A stretch of DNA of 63,299 nt, filler included, from Actinomycetales bacterium (lineage in GTDB: Bacteria > Actinomycetota > Actinomycetes > Actinomycetales > CAVURS01): NCBI GenBank assembly GCA_045807245.1. It is 4 parts of 4 records of this genome, joined end to end, with 100 filler letters (N's around TTAATTAATTAA, not from the genome) between each part and the next. Parts side by side here need not be neighbours in the genome. Positions count along the whole stretch, not along the records: positions 1 to 19,784 come from JBJMHS010000014.1; 3 more parts are not named here. One strand, given 5' to 3'. Positions within the stretch are counted from its first letter, which is position 1. Each line of letters begins with the position of its first letter. Shown in pieces: positions 1-10,127 of this stretch. The notes below the pieces were generated by a model. It did no database searches. It worked only from the letters and a program-made list of their open reading frames with translations, and was not told the DNA's origin. The translations under genes were made by a program, and so were the position numbers.

Positions 1-1
1 C

Positions 2-877
2 CGCGTGCTGTCGACGCTGCTGGTCCCGGACGCCGGCTCCGCATCGGTGACCGGCATCGACGTGCTGAAGCACCCCGAGCAGGTCCGTGAGGTGATCGGG
101 CTGTCCGGGCAGTACGCCGCGGTCGACGAGTACCTCACCGGCTTCGAGAACCTCGACATGGTCGGCCGCCTGTACCACCTCGGCCGGTCGAAGTCCCGGG
201 CCCGTGCCCGTGAGCTGCTCGAACAGTTCGACCTCGACGAGGCGGCCGACCGCCCGGTCAAGACGTACTCGGGCGGCATGCGGCGCCGGCTCGACCTGGC
301 CGGCGCGCTGATCGCCCGGCCGCGCGTGCTGATCCTCGACGAGCCCACCACCGGCCTCGACCCGCGCAGCCGCAACGACATGTGGGGCGTGATCAGCGAC
401 CTGGTCGCGGGCGGGACCAGCCTGCTGCTGACCACGCAGTACCTCGAGGAGGCGGACCGGCTGGCCCACCGCATCGTCGTCGTGGACCACGGCAAGGTCA
501 TCGCCGAGGGCACCGCCGACGAGCTCAAGACCCAGCTCGGCGGTGAGCGGCTCGAGCTGGTCATCGCCGACGCCGATCGCCTGGACGAGGTACGCGCGTT
601 GATGGAGGCGGTCGGGGACGGCGAGGTGAAGGTCCAGCCGCACACGCGCTCGCTGTCCGTGCCGGTGTCGCGCGGCACTCAGGCACTGGTCGAGGCATTG
701 CGGCAGCTCGACGCGACCGGAGTCGCGGTGCAGGACGTCGGCGTACGGCGGCCGACGCTCGACGACGTGTTCCTCTCGCTGACCGGCCACGCGGCGACCG
801 AGCCGGAGGATGACGTGGACGGCGAGGGAGCCACGAAGGCCCGAGCTCGCAAGGCCAAGACGGGGGTCAACGCATGA
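2..877 (+). CDS. DrrA-family ABC exporter ATP-binding subunit (5' truncated by the window edge)
   Basis: YSGGMRRRLD signature, ILDEPTTGLD Walker B, TTQY switch, C-terminal PTLDDVFL; Walker A lies upstream of the window. Confidence 0.93.
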   Translation, partial: RVLSTLLVPDAGSASVTGIDVLKHPEQVREVIGLSGQYAAVDEYLTGFENLDMVGRLYHLGRSKSRARARELLEQFDLDEAADRPVKTYSGGMRRRLDLAGALIARPRVLILDEPTTGLDPRSRNDMWGVISDLVAGGTSLLLTTQYLEEADRLAHRIVVVDHGKVIAEGTADELKTQLGGERLELVIADADRLDEVRALMEAVGDGEVKVQPHTRSLSVPVSRGTQALVEALRQLDATGVAVQDVGVRRPTLDDVFLSLTGHAATEPEDDVDGEGATKARARKAKTGVNA

Positions 878-1683
878 GCGCCGGCAGCATCGTCCTGGAC
901 AGCGCGACCATCGCGAAGCGCAACCTGATCAAGATCAAGCGCGTGCCCGAGCTGCTCGTCTTCACGACGCTGCAGCCGATCATGTTCGTGCTGCTGTTCG
1001 CCTATGTGTTCGGCGGCGCGGTCAGGGTGCCCGGCGTGAACTACCGCGAGTTCCTCATGGCCGGCATCTTCGCCCAGACCGTCGTGTTCGGCGCGACCTT
1101 CACCGGCGCGGGCCTGGCCGAGGACATGAAGAAGGGCGTCATCGACCGGTTCCGCTCGTTGCCAATGGCCCAGGGCGCGGTCCTGATCGGCCGGACGCTG
1201 TCGGACGTCATCAACAACCTCATCGTCCTCGTCGTGATGGCGCTCAGCGGTCTCGTGGTCGGCTGGCGGATCCACACCGGCCTGTGGCACGGGCTGGCCG
1301 GCTTCGGCCTGTTGCTGCTGTTCGCCTACGCGTTCTCGTGGGTCATGGGGTACGTCGGGCTGATCGTGCCCACGCCGGAGGTGGTGCAGAACGCCTCGTT
1401 CATCGTGCTGTTCCCGCTGACCTTCATCGCGAGCACCTTCGTGCCGTTGACGACGCTGCCCGGAGTGCTGAAGACGGTCGCCACCTGGAACCCGCTCACG
1501 ACGTTGAGCGAGGCCTGCCGCAACCTGTTCGGCAACGTCCCGGACAACGCCAAGCTGCGCAACATCTCCGACGCCTGGGCGATCCAGCACGCTGCCTGGT
1601 ACACGCTGATCTGGACGGTCATCCTGCTGGCGGTCTTCGTACCCCTGGCCACCCGGCAGTACACGCGCGCCGCGTCGCGCTGA
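874..1683 (+). CDS. ABC-2 type permease (DrrB-like)
   Basis: Six hydrophobic helices, DRFRSLP and WNP motifs; ATGA overlap with the ATPase. Confidence 0.92.
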   Translation: MSAGSIVLDSATIAKRNLIKIKRVPELLVFTTLQPIMFVLLFAYVFGGAVRVPGVNYREFLMAGIFAQTVVFGATFTGAGLAEDMKKGVIDRFRSLPMAQGAVLIGRTLSDVINNLIVLVVMALSGLVVGWRIHTGLWHGLAGFGLLLLFAYAFSWVMGYVGLIVPTPEVVQNASFIVLFPLTFIASTFVPLTTLPGVLKTVATWNPLTTLSEACRNLFGNVPDNAKLRNISDAWAIQHAAWYTLIWTVILLAVFVPLATRQYTRAASR

Positions 1684-1704
1684 GGCGCCGCGAGAGCCCG
1701 GGCG

Positions 1705-3039
1705 TCAGTCGGCCACGAGGTCGCGCAGCGTGTTGAGCTCGGCCAGCTCGGTCTCCACCGCGTCGACCAGCTCCCGCGGGTCGATGTGCAGGGACTCGTT
1801 GGTCGCGACGCCGACTGTGACGGTGCCGCTGTAGCTGAAGACGCTGAACCCGATGCCGATCGGGCCGATGTGCGGCACCCAGAACGCCACGCTGGTGAGC
1901 GGCGCGCCCTCGACGCTGAGCTCGGTGCGCGGCCCGGGCACGTTTGTGACGATGCCCGTCGCGATCCGGCCCAGCAGGTTCGCCGCGAGACCCTGACCCC
2001 AGCGTGGCATCAGCCCGACCAGGCTGAGCAACCCGTATGACGCCGCCGCGACCGACGACCCCTTGGCCTCGGTCGTGGCGACGTGCACCGCGGCCACGCG
2101 CTCCTCGGCACCGGGCAGGGCGACCGGCAGGGTGACGAAGACGATGCCGAACCGGTTGCCCAGGTCGGCCCCCACGGGCTCGCCGCGACGCAGGTCGACC
2201 GGCACCATGACCCGGCAGTCGTCGGCCGGCTCGTCGTGGTCGAGCAGCCATCGGCGCAGGCCGCCGGCGACCGCCGCGAGCAGGACGTCGTTGACGCTGA
2301 CGCCGAGCCGCTTGGCGGCGGCCTTGGAGAGGGCCAGGTCCAGCGGGCTGGTCCAGGCGGCGCGCCGTCCCACGGAGGCCGCGCCGCGGAGACGGCTCTG
2401 GCGGTCCTTGCGTCCCACCACGATCTCGGACACGGTGCGCACTGCGGCGCCGAGGACCGTGGCCAGCGAGCTGACCGCCGAGCGCGCCGAGCCGCCCGCC
2501 GAGTGCGCCGAGCGGGACGACATGCCCGCACCAGTGCCGGGCGGCGCCGCCGCGGCGCCCGGATGACCGTCGACGAGCGACAGCAGCACCCCCGCCAGCG
2601 CGATGCCGTCGGCCAGGCAGTGATGCAGCCGGGCAACGACGGCGCTGCGGCCGCCGACTTGGACGAGGGTCAGGGTCCACGGCGAGTGGCGCAGGTCGAG
2701 CGGCGTACCCATCAGCCCACCGACGTACGCCATCAGCGCCTGCTCGACGTCACCACCGGCGACGGTCAAGTCGATGTCAGCCGAGCGCACGTGCGCCGCC
2801 AGGTCGAACGACTCGTCGTCCACCCAGGTGGGGCGGACCAGCGGCACTCGCGACGGCTCAGGCCGCTGCCGGAACCCCGGGTACGCCGGCAGCAGACGCT
2901 GGGTGACCAGCCGTTCGAGGTCGGCCTGCTCGATGCGCGTGGCCAGGCGCAGCACAGCCGTGACGACCATCAGGTGCTCGGGCCGGTCGAGCCCGATCCA
3001 GGCCGCGTCGGCCGGGGACATCCGACGCTGGGCGCTCAC
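1705..3039 (-). CDS. Wax ester synthase/diacylglycerol acyltransferase (WS/DGAT)
   Basis: HHCLADG catalytic motif, SVNDV, TNVPGP, FSYSG. Confidence 0.9.
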   Translation of the reverse strand: MSAQRRMSPADAAWIGLDRPEHLMVVTAVLRLATRIEQADLERLVTQRLLPAYPGFRQRPEPSRVPLVRPTWVDDESFDLAAHVRSADIDLTVAGGDVEQALMAYVGGLMGTPLDLRHSPWTLTLVQVGGRSAVVARLHHCLADGIALAGVLLSLVDGHPGAAAAPPGTGAGMSSRSAHSAGGSARSAVSSLATVLGAAVRTVSEIVVGRKDRQSRLRGAASVGRRAAWTSPLDLALSKAAAKRLGVSVNDVLLAAVAGGLRRWLLDHDEPADDCRVMVPVDLRRGEPVGADLGNRFGIVFVTLPVALPGAEERVAAVHVATTEAKGSSVAAASYGLLSLVGLMPRWGQGLAANLLGRIATGIVTNVPGPRTELSVEGAPLTSVAFWVPHIGPIGIGFSVFSYSGTVTVGVATNESLHIDPRELVDAVETELAELNTLRDLVAD

Positions 3040-3063
3040 GGCGCCAGTGTGCAGGACAGGCGC

Positions 3064-3555
3064 TCAGCCCGTGTAGGGCTTGGCCGACACCACCGTGACC
3101 TCGAAGGACTTGCCGTTCGGTGACGTGTACGACGTGACGTCGCCGGCCTTCTTGCCGATGATCGCGGCGCCCAGGGGCGACGTGGCGCTGTAGACCTCGA
3201 GGTCGTCGTCGACGGACGCTTCGCGGCTGCCCAGCAGGAACGTCAAGGGGTCTCCGGCCAGCTGGACGGAGACGACCATCCCGGGCTCGACGACACCGGT
3301 GTCCCGCGGAGCCTCGCCGACGGTGGCGCCCTCGAGCAGCCGGGTCAGCTGGCGGATTCGGGCTTCCTGCTTGCCCTGCTCCTCCTTGGCCGCGTGGTAA
3401 CCCCCGTTCTCACGGAGGTCGCCCTCCTCGCGCGCCGCCTCGATCTTCTTGGCCAGTTCGGCGCGACCAGGGCCCGCGAGGTGCTCGAGCTCACCCTTGA
3501 GCTTGTCGTACTGCTCCTGGGTCAGCCACCGCGCGTTCTCGGTCGTGTTGGTCAC
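3064..3555 (-). CDS. greA: Transcription elongation factor GreA
   Basis: AREEGDLRENGGYHAAKEEQ and SPLGAAIIG motifs. Confidence 0.97.
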   Translation of the reverse strand: MTNTTENARWLTQEQYDKLKGELEHLAGPGRAELAKKIEAAREEGDLRENGGYHAAKEEQGKQEARIRQLTRLLEGATVGEAPRDTGVVEPGMVVSVQLAGDPLTFLLGSREASVDDDLEVYSATSPLGAAIIGKKAGDVTSYTSPNGKSFEVTVVSAKPYTG

Positions 3556-3657
3556 GGGTACTCCAACTTCCTTGCTGGGGGATCGTCCAGGGTAACCCGG
3601 TTCTCGACCCCGTCGCTCATCCGGAGCACGAGGCCGCGTGACGCCCGCGTCCGGACG

Positions 3658-4047
3658 TCAGTGGCTGAGGGAGCAGCTCGTGACCCGGCCGGTCGTGGCC
3701 CGGTTAGTGGTGCGCACCGTTGCCGTCCGCCGTACGACGCCGTGGTCGGCCGGGCCGACCCGCACCCGCACGGTGCCCACGACAGAGAACCCGGAGTCCA
3801 TCGCTTCGACCGTGCAGGTCGCGGTGGCCTTCTCCGGCTTGGTCACGTCGAAGGTCACCCGGACCGTGCCGTCGTCGACCACGACGAACCCCACGTCCGT
3901 GCCCGTCGCCGACTCCCGGCCGGAGTAGGCCGCCCAGGCGAACCAGCCGAGCGCCGCTGCCACGACCAGGAGCAGGACCGCGATCCCGGCCCGGCGTCGT
4001 ACCGGTGAGCGCGCGCGGCCGTAGCGGTCGTCGGTCACTGTTCCCAT
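3658..4047 (-). CDS. DUF4307-family membrane-anchored protein
   Basis: N-terminal TM helix, beta-rich domain with C...C; usual position between greA and mca; start taken as ATG at 4047. Confidence 0.75.
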   Translation of the reverse strand: MGTVTDDRYGRARSPVRRRAGIAVLLLVVAAALGWFAWAAYSGRESATGTDVGFVVVDDGTVRVTFDVTKPEKATATCTVEAMDSGFSVVGTVRVRVGPADHGVVRRTATVRTTNRATTGRVTSCSLSH

Positions 4048-4066
4048 GCTGGCAGGATTGTCCAGC

Positions 4067-4936
4067 ATGGGCAGTGAGCAGCTGCGGCTGATGTGTGTGC
4101 ACGCGCACCCGGACGACGAGTCCAGCAAGGGTGCGGCGACCATGGCGAAGTACGTCAGTGAGGGCGTCGAGGTCCTCGTCGTGTCGTGTACCGGCGGGGA
4201 ACGCGGCGACATCCTGAACCCCGAGCTGAAGAACGACCCCGCCCTCCTGCGCGACATGCCCGAGGTGCGCCGACACGAGATGGCCGAGGCCGCCCGCATC
4301 CTCGGCGTCAAGCACGAATGGCTGGGTTTCGTCGACTCCGGGCTGCCCGAGGGCGACCCGCTGCCGCCGCTGCCGGAGGGCTGCTTCGGCTTGGAGCCCC
4401 TTGCGACAGCAGCCGAGCCGCTGGTCCGGTTGGTGCGCTCGTTCCGTCCGCACGTGATGACGACGTACGACGAGAACGGCGGCTATCCGCACCCGGACCA
4501 CATCATGTGCCACAAGGTGAGCATGGAGGCGTTCGAGGCCGCGGCCGACCCCCAGCGGTATCCGCATGCCGGCCCGGCCTGGGAGGTCGCCAAGATCTAC
4601 TACAACCAGACGTTCACCCGCAGCCGGGTGCTGGCCTTCCACAACGCCTACCTCGAGGAGGGGTGGGAGTCGCCGTACGCCGAGTGGATCGAGGGCTGGA
4701 ACGAGGACGACCGCCCGGAGCGCGAGATCACCACCCACATCGAGTGCTCGGACTGGTTCGGGACCCGCGACAAGGCCCTCCTGGCCCACCGGACCCAGAT
4801 CGACCCGAACGGCGCGTGGTTCCGCGCGCCGATGGAGATGCAGACCCGGCTCTGGCCGACCGAGGACTTCGAGCTGGCGAAGAGCCGGATCGACGTCTCG
4901 CTGCCCGAGGACGACCTGTTCGCCGGTCTGCGATGA
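4067..4936 (+). CDS. mca: Mycothiol S-conjugate amidase
   Basis: HAHPDDESSKG Zn motif, GGYPHPDH, ALLAHRTQID; greA context. Confidence 0.95.
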   Translation: MGSEQLRLMCVHAHPDDESSKGAATMAKYVSEGVEVLVVSCTGGERGDILNPELKNDPALLRDMPEVRRHEMAEAARILGVKHEWLGFVDSGLPEGDPLPPLPEGCFGLEPLATAAEPLVRLVRSFRPHVMTTYDENGGYPHPDHIMCHKVSMEAFEAAADPQRYPHAGPAWEVAKIYYNQTFTRSRVLAFHNAYLEEGWESPYAEWIEGWNEDDRPEREITTHIECSDWFGTRDKALLAHRTQIDPNGAWFRAPMEMQTRLWPTEDFELAKSRIDVSLPEDDLFAGLR

Positions 4937-4946
4937 CGAGCAGCTG

Positions 4947-5219
4947 ATGGACGACCCGAACGTCGTCTCGCCCGGGATCCTGGGGTTCCTGGCCTTCTTC
5001 TTCCTCGCCGTCGCGCTGTACCTGTTGCTGCGCAACATGAACGGCCACCTGCGCCGCATGCGCTACCGGGCCGAGCAGCTGGAGGCCGAGCAGGCACCGC
5101 CCTCAGGCCAGCAGCCCGCCACCTCGGAGCCGGGGCAGGAGCACGAGCCGGAGCACGAGCCGGAGCCGGAAGCGACGCCCGGCCCGAAGCCGGACGGTGA
5201 CACGGACCGGGCCGGATAG
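4947..5219 (+). CDS. Small membrane protein with an acidic EPEH-repeat tail
   Basis: VSPGILGFLAFFFLAVALYLL TM helix directly after mca. Confidence 0.7.
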   Translation: MDDPNVVSPGILGFLAFFFLAVALYLLLRNMNGHLRRMRYRAEQLEAEQAPPSGQQPATSEPGQEHEPEHEPEPEATPGPKPDGDTDRAG

Positions 5220-5287
5220 CGCCAGTCCTTACCGAACCCGAACGTCGCGCGAACGCGGGGCTGAACCGCGCGCCCTACCGTCGGGGC

Positions 5288-5755
5288 ATGAAGCGAATGA
5301 CAGCAGTTCTCACGATGGGAAGCGTGGGGGTCGTGGGGCTGTGCCTGGCGATGCCCGCGCTGGCTGACGCCACGTCTGACTCCCCGAGCGCGGTCCGCAC
5401 CACCAGTGCGTCGGCCGGTCCGTCCAACAGCTCGGCCAGCACCGCGCCGCTGACGGCTGCCCAGAAGGACGACATCCTCGACTTCCTGGGCGACCACCCG
5501 CGCGTGGGGCAGGCGCTCGCCGCGCGGGCGCAGGGCTGGGAGAAGTTCGTCGCCGCCCACCCCGACATCAAGGCCGAGCTGGACAAGGTGCTGGCCTTGC
5601 CGGCCGACCAGCGCCGGGCCGAGCTGCAGAAGTGGCTGGCCGCGAACCCGGAGGCCAAGCAGGCGCTCAAGGACTACCGCCAAGGCCTCAAGGAGCAGCG
5701 GCTGACCAAGCAGCGCGACCGGCTCGACCGGCGCATCCAGCGACTACAGGGCTGA
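5288..5755 (+). CDS. Secreted helical protein, hemophore-related (Rv0203/Rv1174c-like)
   Basis: Signal peptide ending ALA; repeated HP/NP helical units (DHPRV, AHPDI, ANPEA). Confidence 0.5.
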   Translation: MKRMTAVLTMGSVGVVGLCLAMPALADATSDSPSAVRTTSASAGPSNSSASTAPLTAAQKDDILDFLGDHPRVGQALAARAQGWEKFVAAHPDIKAELDKVLALPADQRRAELQKWLAANPEAKQALKDYRQGLKEQRLTKQRDRLDRRIQRLQG

Positions 5756-5765
5756 GCACACCCGC

Positions 5766-6665
5766 CTAGCCGGCTAGCACCGCCAACAGCCAGTCGTGGA
5801 CCTCCTCGAGGTGGTCCATGGCCGTCATGTGACCGCCGTCGGGGTCGACCCGCGCCTCGGCCCCCGGGATGGTCGCCGCGAGATAGTGCGCGTGGGCCGC
5901 CGGTACCATGAAGTCCTGTTGGCCTTGCAGCAGAAGGGTTTTCGTCGTCACTGAGGCGGGGTCGAAACCCCACGGACGCACGAACGCCAGGTCGTCGTCG
6001 AGCCACCCCTCGTAGCCGGGGGCGAGCCCTCTGTCCATCGAGTCCAGCGCCCACGGGTGCTCACGGAAGTAGGTCGCGTCCGGGGCCGAGAGCAGGGTCG
6101 CCATGTCGTCGAGGACGGCCTCGCGTCCACGTTCCAGGGCCACCTCGCGCGCCGCGGATGCTGCGTCCAAGTAGCGTCGCAGCTCGGGTTCGCCGGCGAT
6201 GGCGGCGCCGAACTCCTCGATGTTGTCCTGACCCATCCCGTCCAGCCAGTCCAGCCCCGGGACGCCGTACGGCGCGACACCGGACAGCAGCGCGGCGGCC
6301 GGGACGCGGTCCGGCATGAGCGCCGTACACGCGAGCGCATGCGGTCCTCCCCCGGAGAGTCCCCAGGTCGCGAAGCGGCCGATGCCGAGCGCGTCCGCGA
6401 CGGCTGCAGCGTCCTGCGCGGCGGCCGCCACGTCGCGGCCCGGACGGCGGGTCGAGCCGCCGTACCCCGCCCGGTCCCAGGTGACCAGCCGCACGCCCTG
6501 CCGTTCGGCCAGGGCGACCCAGGGCGCGTCGAGGACTCCCGAGCCCGGCGTGCCGTGGTGGGCGAGCACCGCCACTCCGTCCGTCGGTCCAACCTCCGTC
6601 ACGGCGAGGACGCGTCCGTCCGGAGTGCGTACCTCCTGGGTGGTTACTTCGCGGGCTGAGGTCAT
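5766..6665 (-). CDS. Alpha/beta fold hydrolase
   Basis: HHGTPGS, DRAGYGGS, GLSGG nucleophile elbow, C-terminal GGH; start ATG at 6665. Confidence 0.9.
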   Translation of the reverse strand: MTSAREVTTQEVRTPDGRVLAVTEVGPTDGVAVLAHHGTPGSGVLDAPWVALAERQGVRLVTWDRAGYGGSTRRPGRDVAAAAQDAAAVADALGIGRFATWGLSGGGPHALACTALMPDRVPAAALLSGVAPYGVPGLDWLDGMGQDNIEEFGAAIAGEPELRRYLDAASAAREVALERGREAVLDDMATLLSAPDATYFREHPWALDSMDRGLAPGYEGWLDDDLAFVRPWGFDPASVTTKTLLLQGQQDFMVPAAHAHYLAATIPGAEARVDPDGGHMTAMDHLEEVHDWLLAVLAG

Positions 6666-6797
6666 GCGAGGACGATGGCAGCAGGCCGAACCGGTTGGCC
6701 AGGGCGACGTGTCGAGACACCTGACGTGACTCCAAAACATGTTAAGTTTCGGAGAGATTCTTAACACGTGCTGAGGATGCACTGAGGGAGCTGAAAC

Positions 6798-7880
6798 GTG
6801 TCCTGGAGCCCCGAGGTGCCGTTCAACGATCTGCCCGCGCTTCCTCCGGCAGGTATCGACCTTGAGCCCAAGCACGTGCTCAAGCTCATCGTCGAAGCCC
6901 GAACCGCACTGGCGACCCTCGCGCACGCCAGCCAGCTCCTGCCGAACCCCAGCATCCTCATCCACGCCGTCCCGCTGCTCGAGGCCCAGGCCAGCTCCGA
7001 GATCGAGAACATCGTGACCACCGCCGATGAGCTGTTCAAGCACGTCGCCTCGGGTGGTGGTGACCACGCAACCAAGGAGGCTTTGCGCTATCGCAGCGCG
7101 CTGTTCGCGGGAGTCGAGTCGATCAGGAGCCGACCGCTGACCGCCGGGACGGCTGCCCAGATCTGCTCCGAGCTGCAGGGCCGGCAGATGACGGTCCGAG
7201 ACGTGCCTGCCACCCGCATCGCCAACCCGACCTCCCGCGAGATCGTCTACGCGCCACCAGAGGGAGCGGCGCTGATCCGCGACAAGCTTTCGGCCTGGGA
7301 GCGTTTCGTTCACGCCGAGGACGACCTTGACCCTCTGGTGCGCATGGCCGTGGCGCACTACCAGTTCGAGGCGATCCACCCGTTCGACGACGGAAACGGG
7401 CGCACGGGCCGCGTCATCAACATCCTGATGCTGATCGAGGCAGGCTTACTGGCCGAGCCCATTCTCTATCTGTCGCGTGCGATCATCGCCCGGAAGAACG
7501 ACTACTACCGACTCCTGCGAGCGGTGACCGCCGAAGGCGCATGGATCGAGTGGATCCTCTACATGCTGGACGTTGTCCACGAGTCGGCAACATCGACGAC
7601 GCGGAAGATCGGATCCATCCGCATGTGTCAGGAGGACATTGCCGAGCGAGCCCGCGCTGCGACTCCGGGTGGACGAGACGCACGCTTCTTGGCCGTCCTG
7701 TTCGAGCAGCCCTACTGCCGCATCAACACTGTTGTCGATCGATGTGACGTCTCGCGCCAGACCGCGTCGTTCTGGCTGCACGCTCTTGTCGAAGCACGGC
7801 TCCTCAGCGACGTGAAGGTCGGCCGAGAGCTCCTGTTCGTCAACCACGAGCTCCTGAACGTGCTGACGCGTCCCGAGTGA
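6798..7880 (+). CDS. Fic-family AMPylase, SoFic-like (class II, C-terminal winged helix)
   Basis: HPFDDGNGRTGR Fic motif; N-terminal SSEIEN autoinhibitory motif; C-terminal SRQTAS..L..L...KVGRE HTH. Confidence 0.9.
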   Translation: MSWSPEVPFNDLPALPPAGIDLEPKHVLKLIVEARTALATLAHASQLLPNPSILIHAVPLLEAQASSEIENIVTTADELFKHVASGGGDHATKEALRYRSALFAGVESIRSRPLTAGTAAQICSELQGRQMTVRDVPATRIANPTSREIVYAPPEGAALIRDKLSAWERFVHAEDDLDPLVRMAVAHYQFEAIHPFDDGNGRTGRVINILMLIEAGLLAEPILYLSRAIIARKNDYYRLLRAVTAEGAWIEWILYMLDVVHESATSTTRKIGSIRMCQEDIAERARAATPGGRDARFLAVLFEQPYCRINTVVDRCDVSRQTASFWLHALVEARLLSDVKVGRELLFVNHELLNVLTRPE

Positions 7881-8003
7881 ACTGAGCGGAGGCAGGTGCC
7901 ACAGTGTCGGTGTGGAGGTGGGCCTTGCTCGATGTCCAACAGGGGAAGGACCTGCCGACCGAGCCCTGACCCAGTTGCAAGCCACCCGCCGGGAGTGAGA
8001 GGA

Positions 8004-10109
8004 ATGCCGAACCGCTTGGCCAGCGCGACCTCGCCGTACCTGTTGCAGCACAAGGACAACCCGGTCGACTGGTGGGAATGGGGCGAGGAGGCGTTCGCCG
8101 AGGCGAGCCGGCGCGACGTACCCGTCCTGCTTTCGGTGGGGTACGCCGCGTGTCACTGGTGTCACGTCATGGCCCACGAGTCGTTCGAGGACGCCCTGAC
8201 CGCCCGGGAGATGAACGAGGGCTTCGTCTGCGTCAAGGTCGACCGCGAGGAGCGGCCCGACGTCGACGCGGTCTACATGGAGGCGACGCAGGCCTTGACC
8301 GGACACGGCGGGTGGCCGATGACGGTGTTCCTCACGCCGGAAGGCCGCCCGGTCTTCGCCGGCACGTACTACCCGCCCTCGCCTCGCCAGGGCCTGCCGT
8401 CCTTCCGGCAGGTGCTGGCGGCCATCGGTGAGGCCTGGCGCGAACGACGCGCCGACGTCGCCGACGCGGGCGAGCGCATCACGGCCCAGCTGGCCCAGCG
8501 CGGGACGGTCGACGGTGACCGACCGCTCGACGCGGATGGCCTGGCCGCGGCCGTCACAGCCCTGCGGACGCGGTTCGACGAGGAGCGGGGCGGCTTCGGT
8601 GGCGCGCCGAAGTTCCCGCCCTCGATGGTCCTCGAGTGGCTGCTTCGTCACGCGGCGCGGACCGGTGGCTCTCCCTCGGCGGCCGACGCGGTGCACATGG
8701 CCGGCGTGACCTTCCGGGCCATGGCCGGGAGCGGCATGTACGACCAGCTCGAGGGCGGCTTCGCGCGCTACGCCGTGGATGCCGGCTGGGTCGTGCCGCA
8801 CTTCGAGAAGATGCTGTACGACAACGCGTTGCTCGCCCGCACCTACCTGCACTGGTGGCGGCAGACCGGTACGGCGCTCGGCCGACGGGTCGCGCTCGAG
8901 ACCTGCCACTGGATGGTCCGCGTGCTCGGCACGGCCGAGGGTGGCCTCGCCGCCAGCCTGGACGCCGACACGGCGCTGCCGGACGGCCACGGCGTCGAGG
9001 GGCTGACCTATGTCTGGACGCCGGCCGAGCTGACCGAGGTGCTCGGTCCGGCGGACGGGCCTTGGGTCGCGGCCCTGTGTGGCGTGACCGACGCCGGCAC
9101 TTTCGAGCACGGCAGCTCGACGCTGCAGCTGCTGCGCGTCGAGGAGCAGCTGACCGAGGACGAGCGGGTGCGCTGGGCGGCAGCGCGAGCGCTGCTGACT
9201 CAGCGGCGGGCCGAGCGGGCCCAGCCCGGCCGGGACGACAAGGTGGTCGCCGCCTGGAACGGACTGGCCGTCGCCGCGCTGGCCGAGACCGGCGCTCTGA
9301 CCGACCGACCGGATCTGGTCGAGGCTGCCCGCGCCGTCGCCGGCCTGCTGCTCGACGTCCATCTGGTTGACGACCGGCTGCGCCGGGTGTCGCGCGGTGG
9401 CGTTGTCGGCGCCCCGGCCGGCGTCCTCGAGGACTACGCCGACGTCATCGAAGGCCTGCTGGCCCTCGCGGCCGTGACCGGTGAAAGTCGTTGGTACGAC
9501 GCGGTGTCCGGCCTGGTCGACACGGTGGTCGACCGGTTCTGGGACGAGCCGTCCGGCACGTTCCGGGATACGGCCGACGATGCTGTGGATGCATCACTCG
9601 TCGCCGCTCTCGGGGGTCGCGGCCGGCTGCAGGACCCCACCGACGGTGCGACGCCGTCCGGAACCAGTGCGGCCGCAGGCGTGCTGCTCGCCTGGTCGGC
9701 GCTCACGGGGTCGAGCCGTCATCGCGACCTGGCCGAGCGGGCGCTCGCGCAGACTGCCGTGGTCGGCCGTCAGGTGCCGCAGGTGGCCAGTTGGGCGCTC
9801 GCGGTCACCGAGGCGCTGGCCGACGGGCCGCGGGAGGTCGCGGTGCTCGGGCCGGACCGCGACCCCCGCCGTACCGACCTGCATCGGGTCGCGCTGGCCG
9901 GTACGGCGCCCGGCCTGGTCGTCGCCGTGGCGCAGCCGGGGGCTACCCACCCTCCACTCGTGGCGGACCGGCCGCTCGTCGGTGGGCGACCTGCGGCGTA
10001 CCCCTGCCGGGGCATGGTGTGCGACCTGCCGGTCACCAGTCCCGGTGTCCTCGCCGACTGGACGGGCACCCGTCTGCCCTTGGCGAACGGGCTGGATGCA
10101 AGTGAGTAA
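8004..10109 (+). CDS. Thioredoxin-domain protein YyaL/SPATA20 (DUF255)
   Basis: [42 protein letters not shown]. Confidence 0.93.
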   Translation: MPNRLASATSPYLLQHKDNPVDWWEWGEEAFAEASRRDVPVLLSVGYAACHWCHVMAHESFEDALTAREMNEGFVCVKVDREERPDVDAVYMEATQALTGHGGWPMTVFLTPEGRPVFAGTYYPPSPRQGLPSFRQVLAAIGEAWRERRADVADAGERITAQLAQRGTVDGDRPLDADGLAAAVTALRTRFDEERGGFGGAPKFPPSMVLEWLLRHAARTGGSPSAADAVHMAGVTFRAMAGSGMYDQLEGGFARYAVDAGWVVPHFEKMLYDNALLARTYLHWWRQTGTALGRRVALETCHWMVRVLGTAEGGLAASLDADTALPDGHGVEGLTYVWTPAELTEVLGPADGPWVAALCGVTDAGTFEHGSSTLQLLRVEEQLTEDERVRWAAARALLTQRRAERAQPGRDDKVVAAWNGLAVAALAETGALTDRPDLVEAARAVAGLLLDVHLVDDRLRRVSRGGVVGAPAGVLEDYADVIEGLLALAAVTGESRWYDAVSGLVDTVVDRFWDEPSGTFRDTADDAVDASLVAALGGRGRLQDPTDGATPSGTSAAAGVLLAWSALTGSSRHRDLAERALAQTAVVGRQVPQVASWALAVTEALADGPREVAVLGPDRDPRRTDLHRVALAGTAPGLVVAVAQPGATHPPLVADRPLVGGRPAAYPCRGMVCDLPVTSPGVLADWTGTRLPLANGLDASE

Positions 10110-10127
10110 TCATGTAATCCTCGCTCC

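Noticed and set aside
6666..7379. N-terminal extension of the hydrolase ORF (537 aa)
   Set aside because: Overlaps the Fic gene antisense; the hydrolase fold starts at ATG 6665
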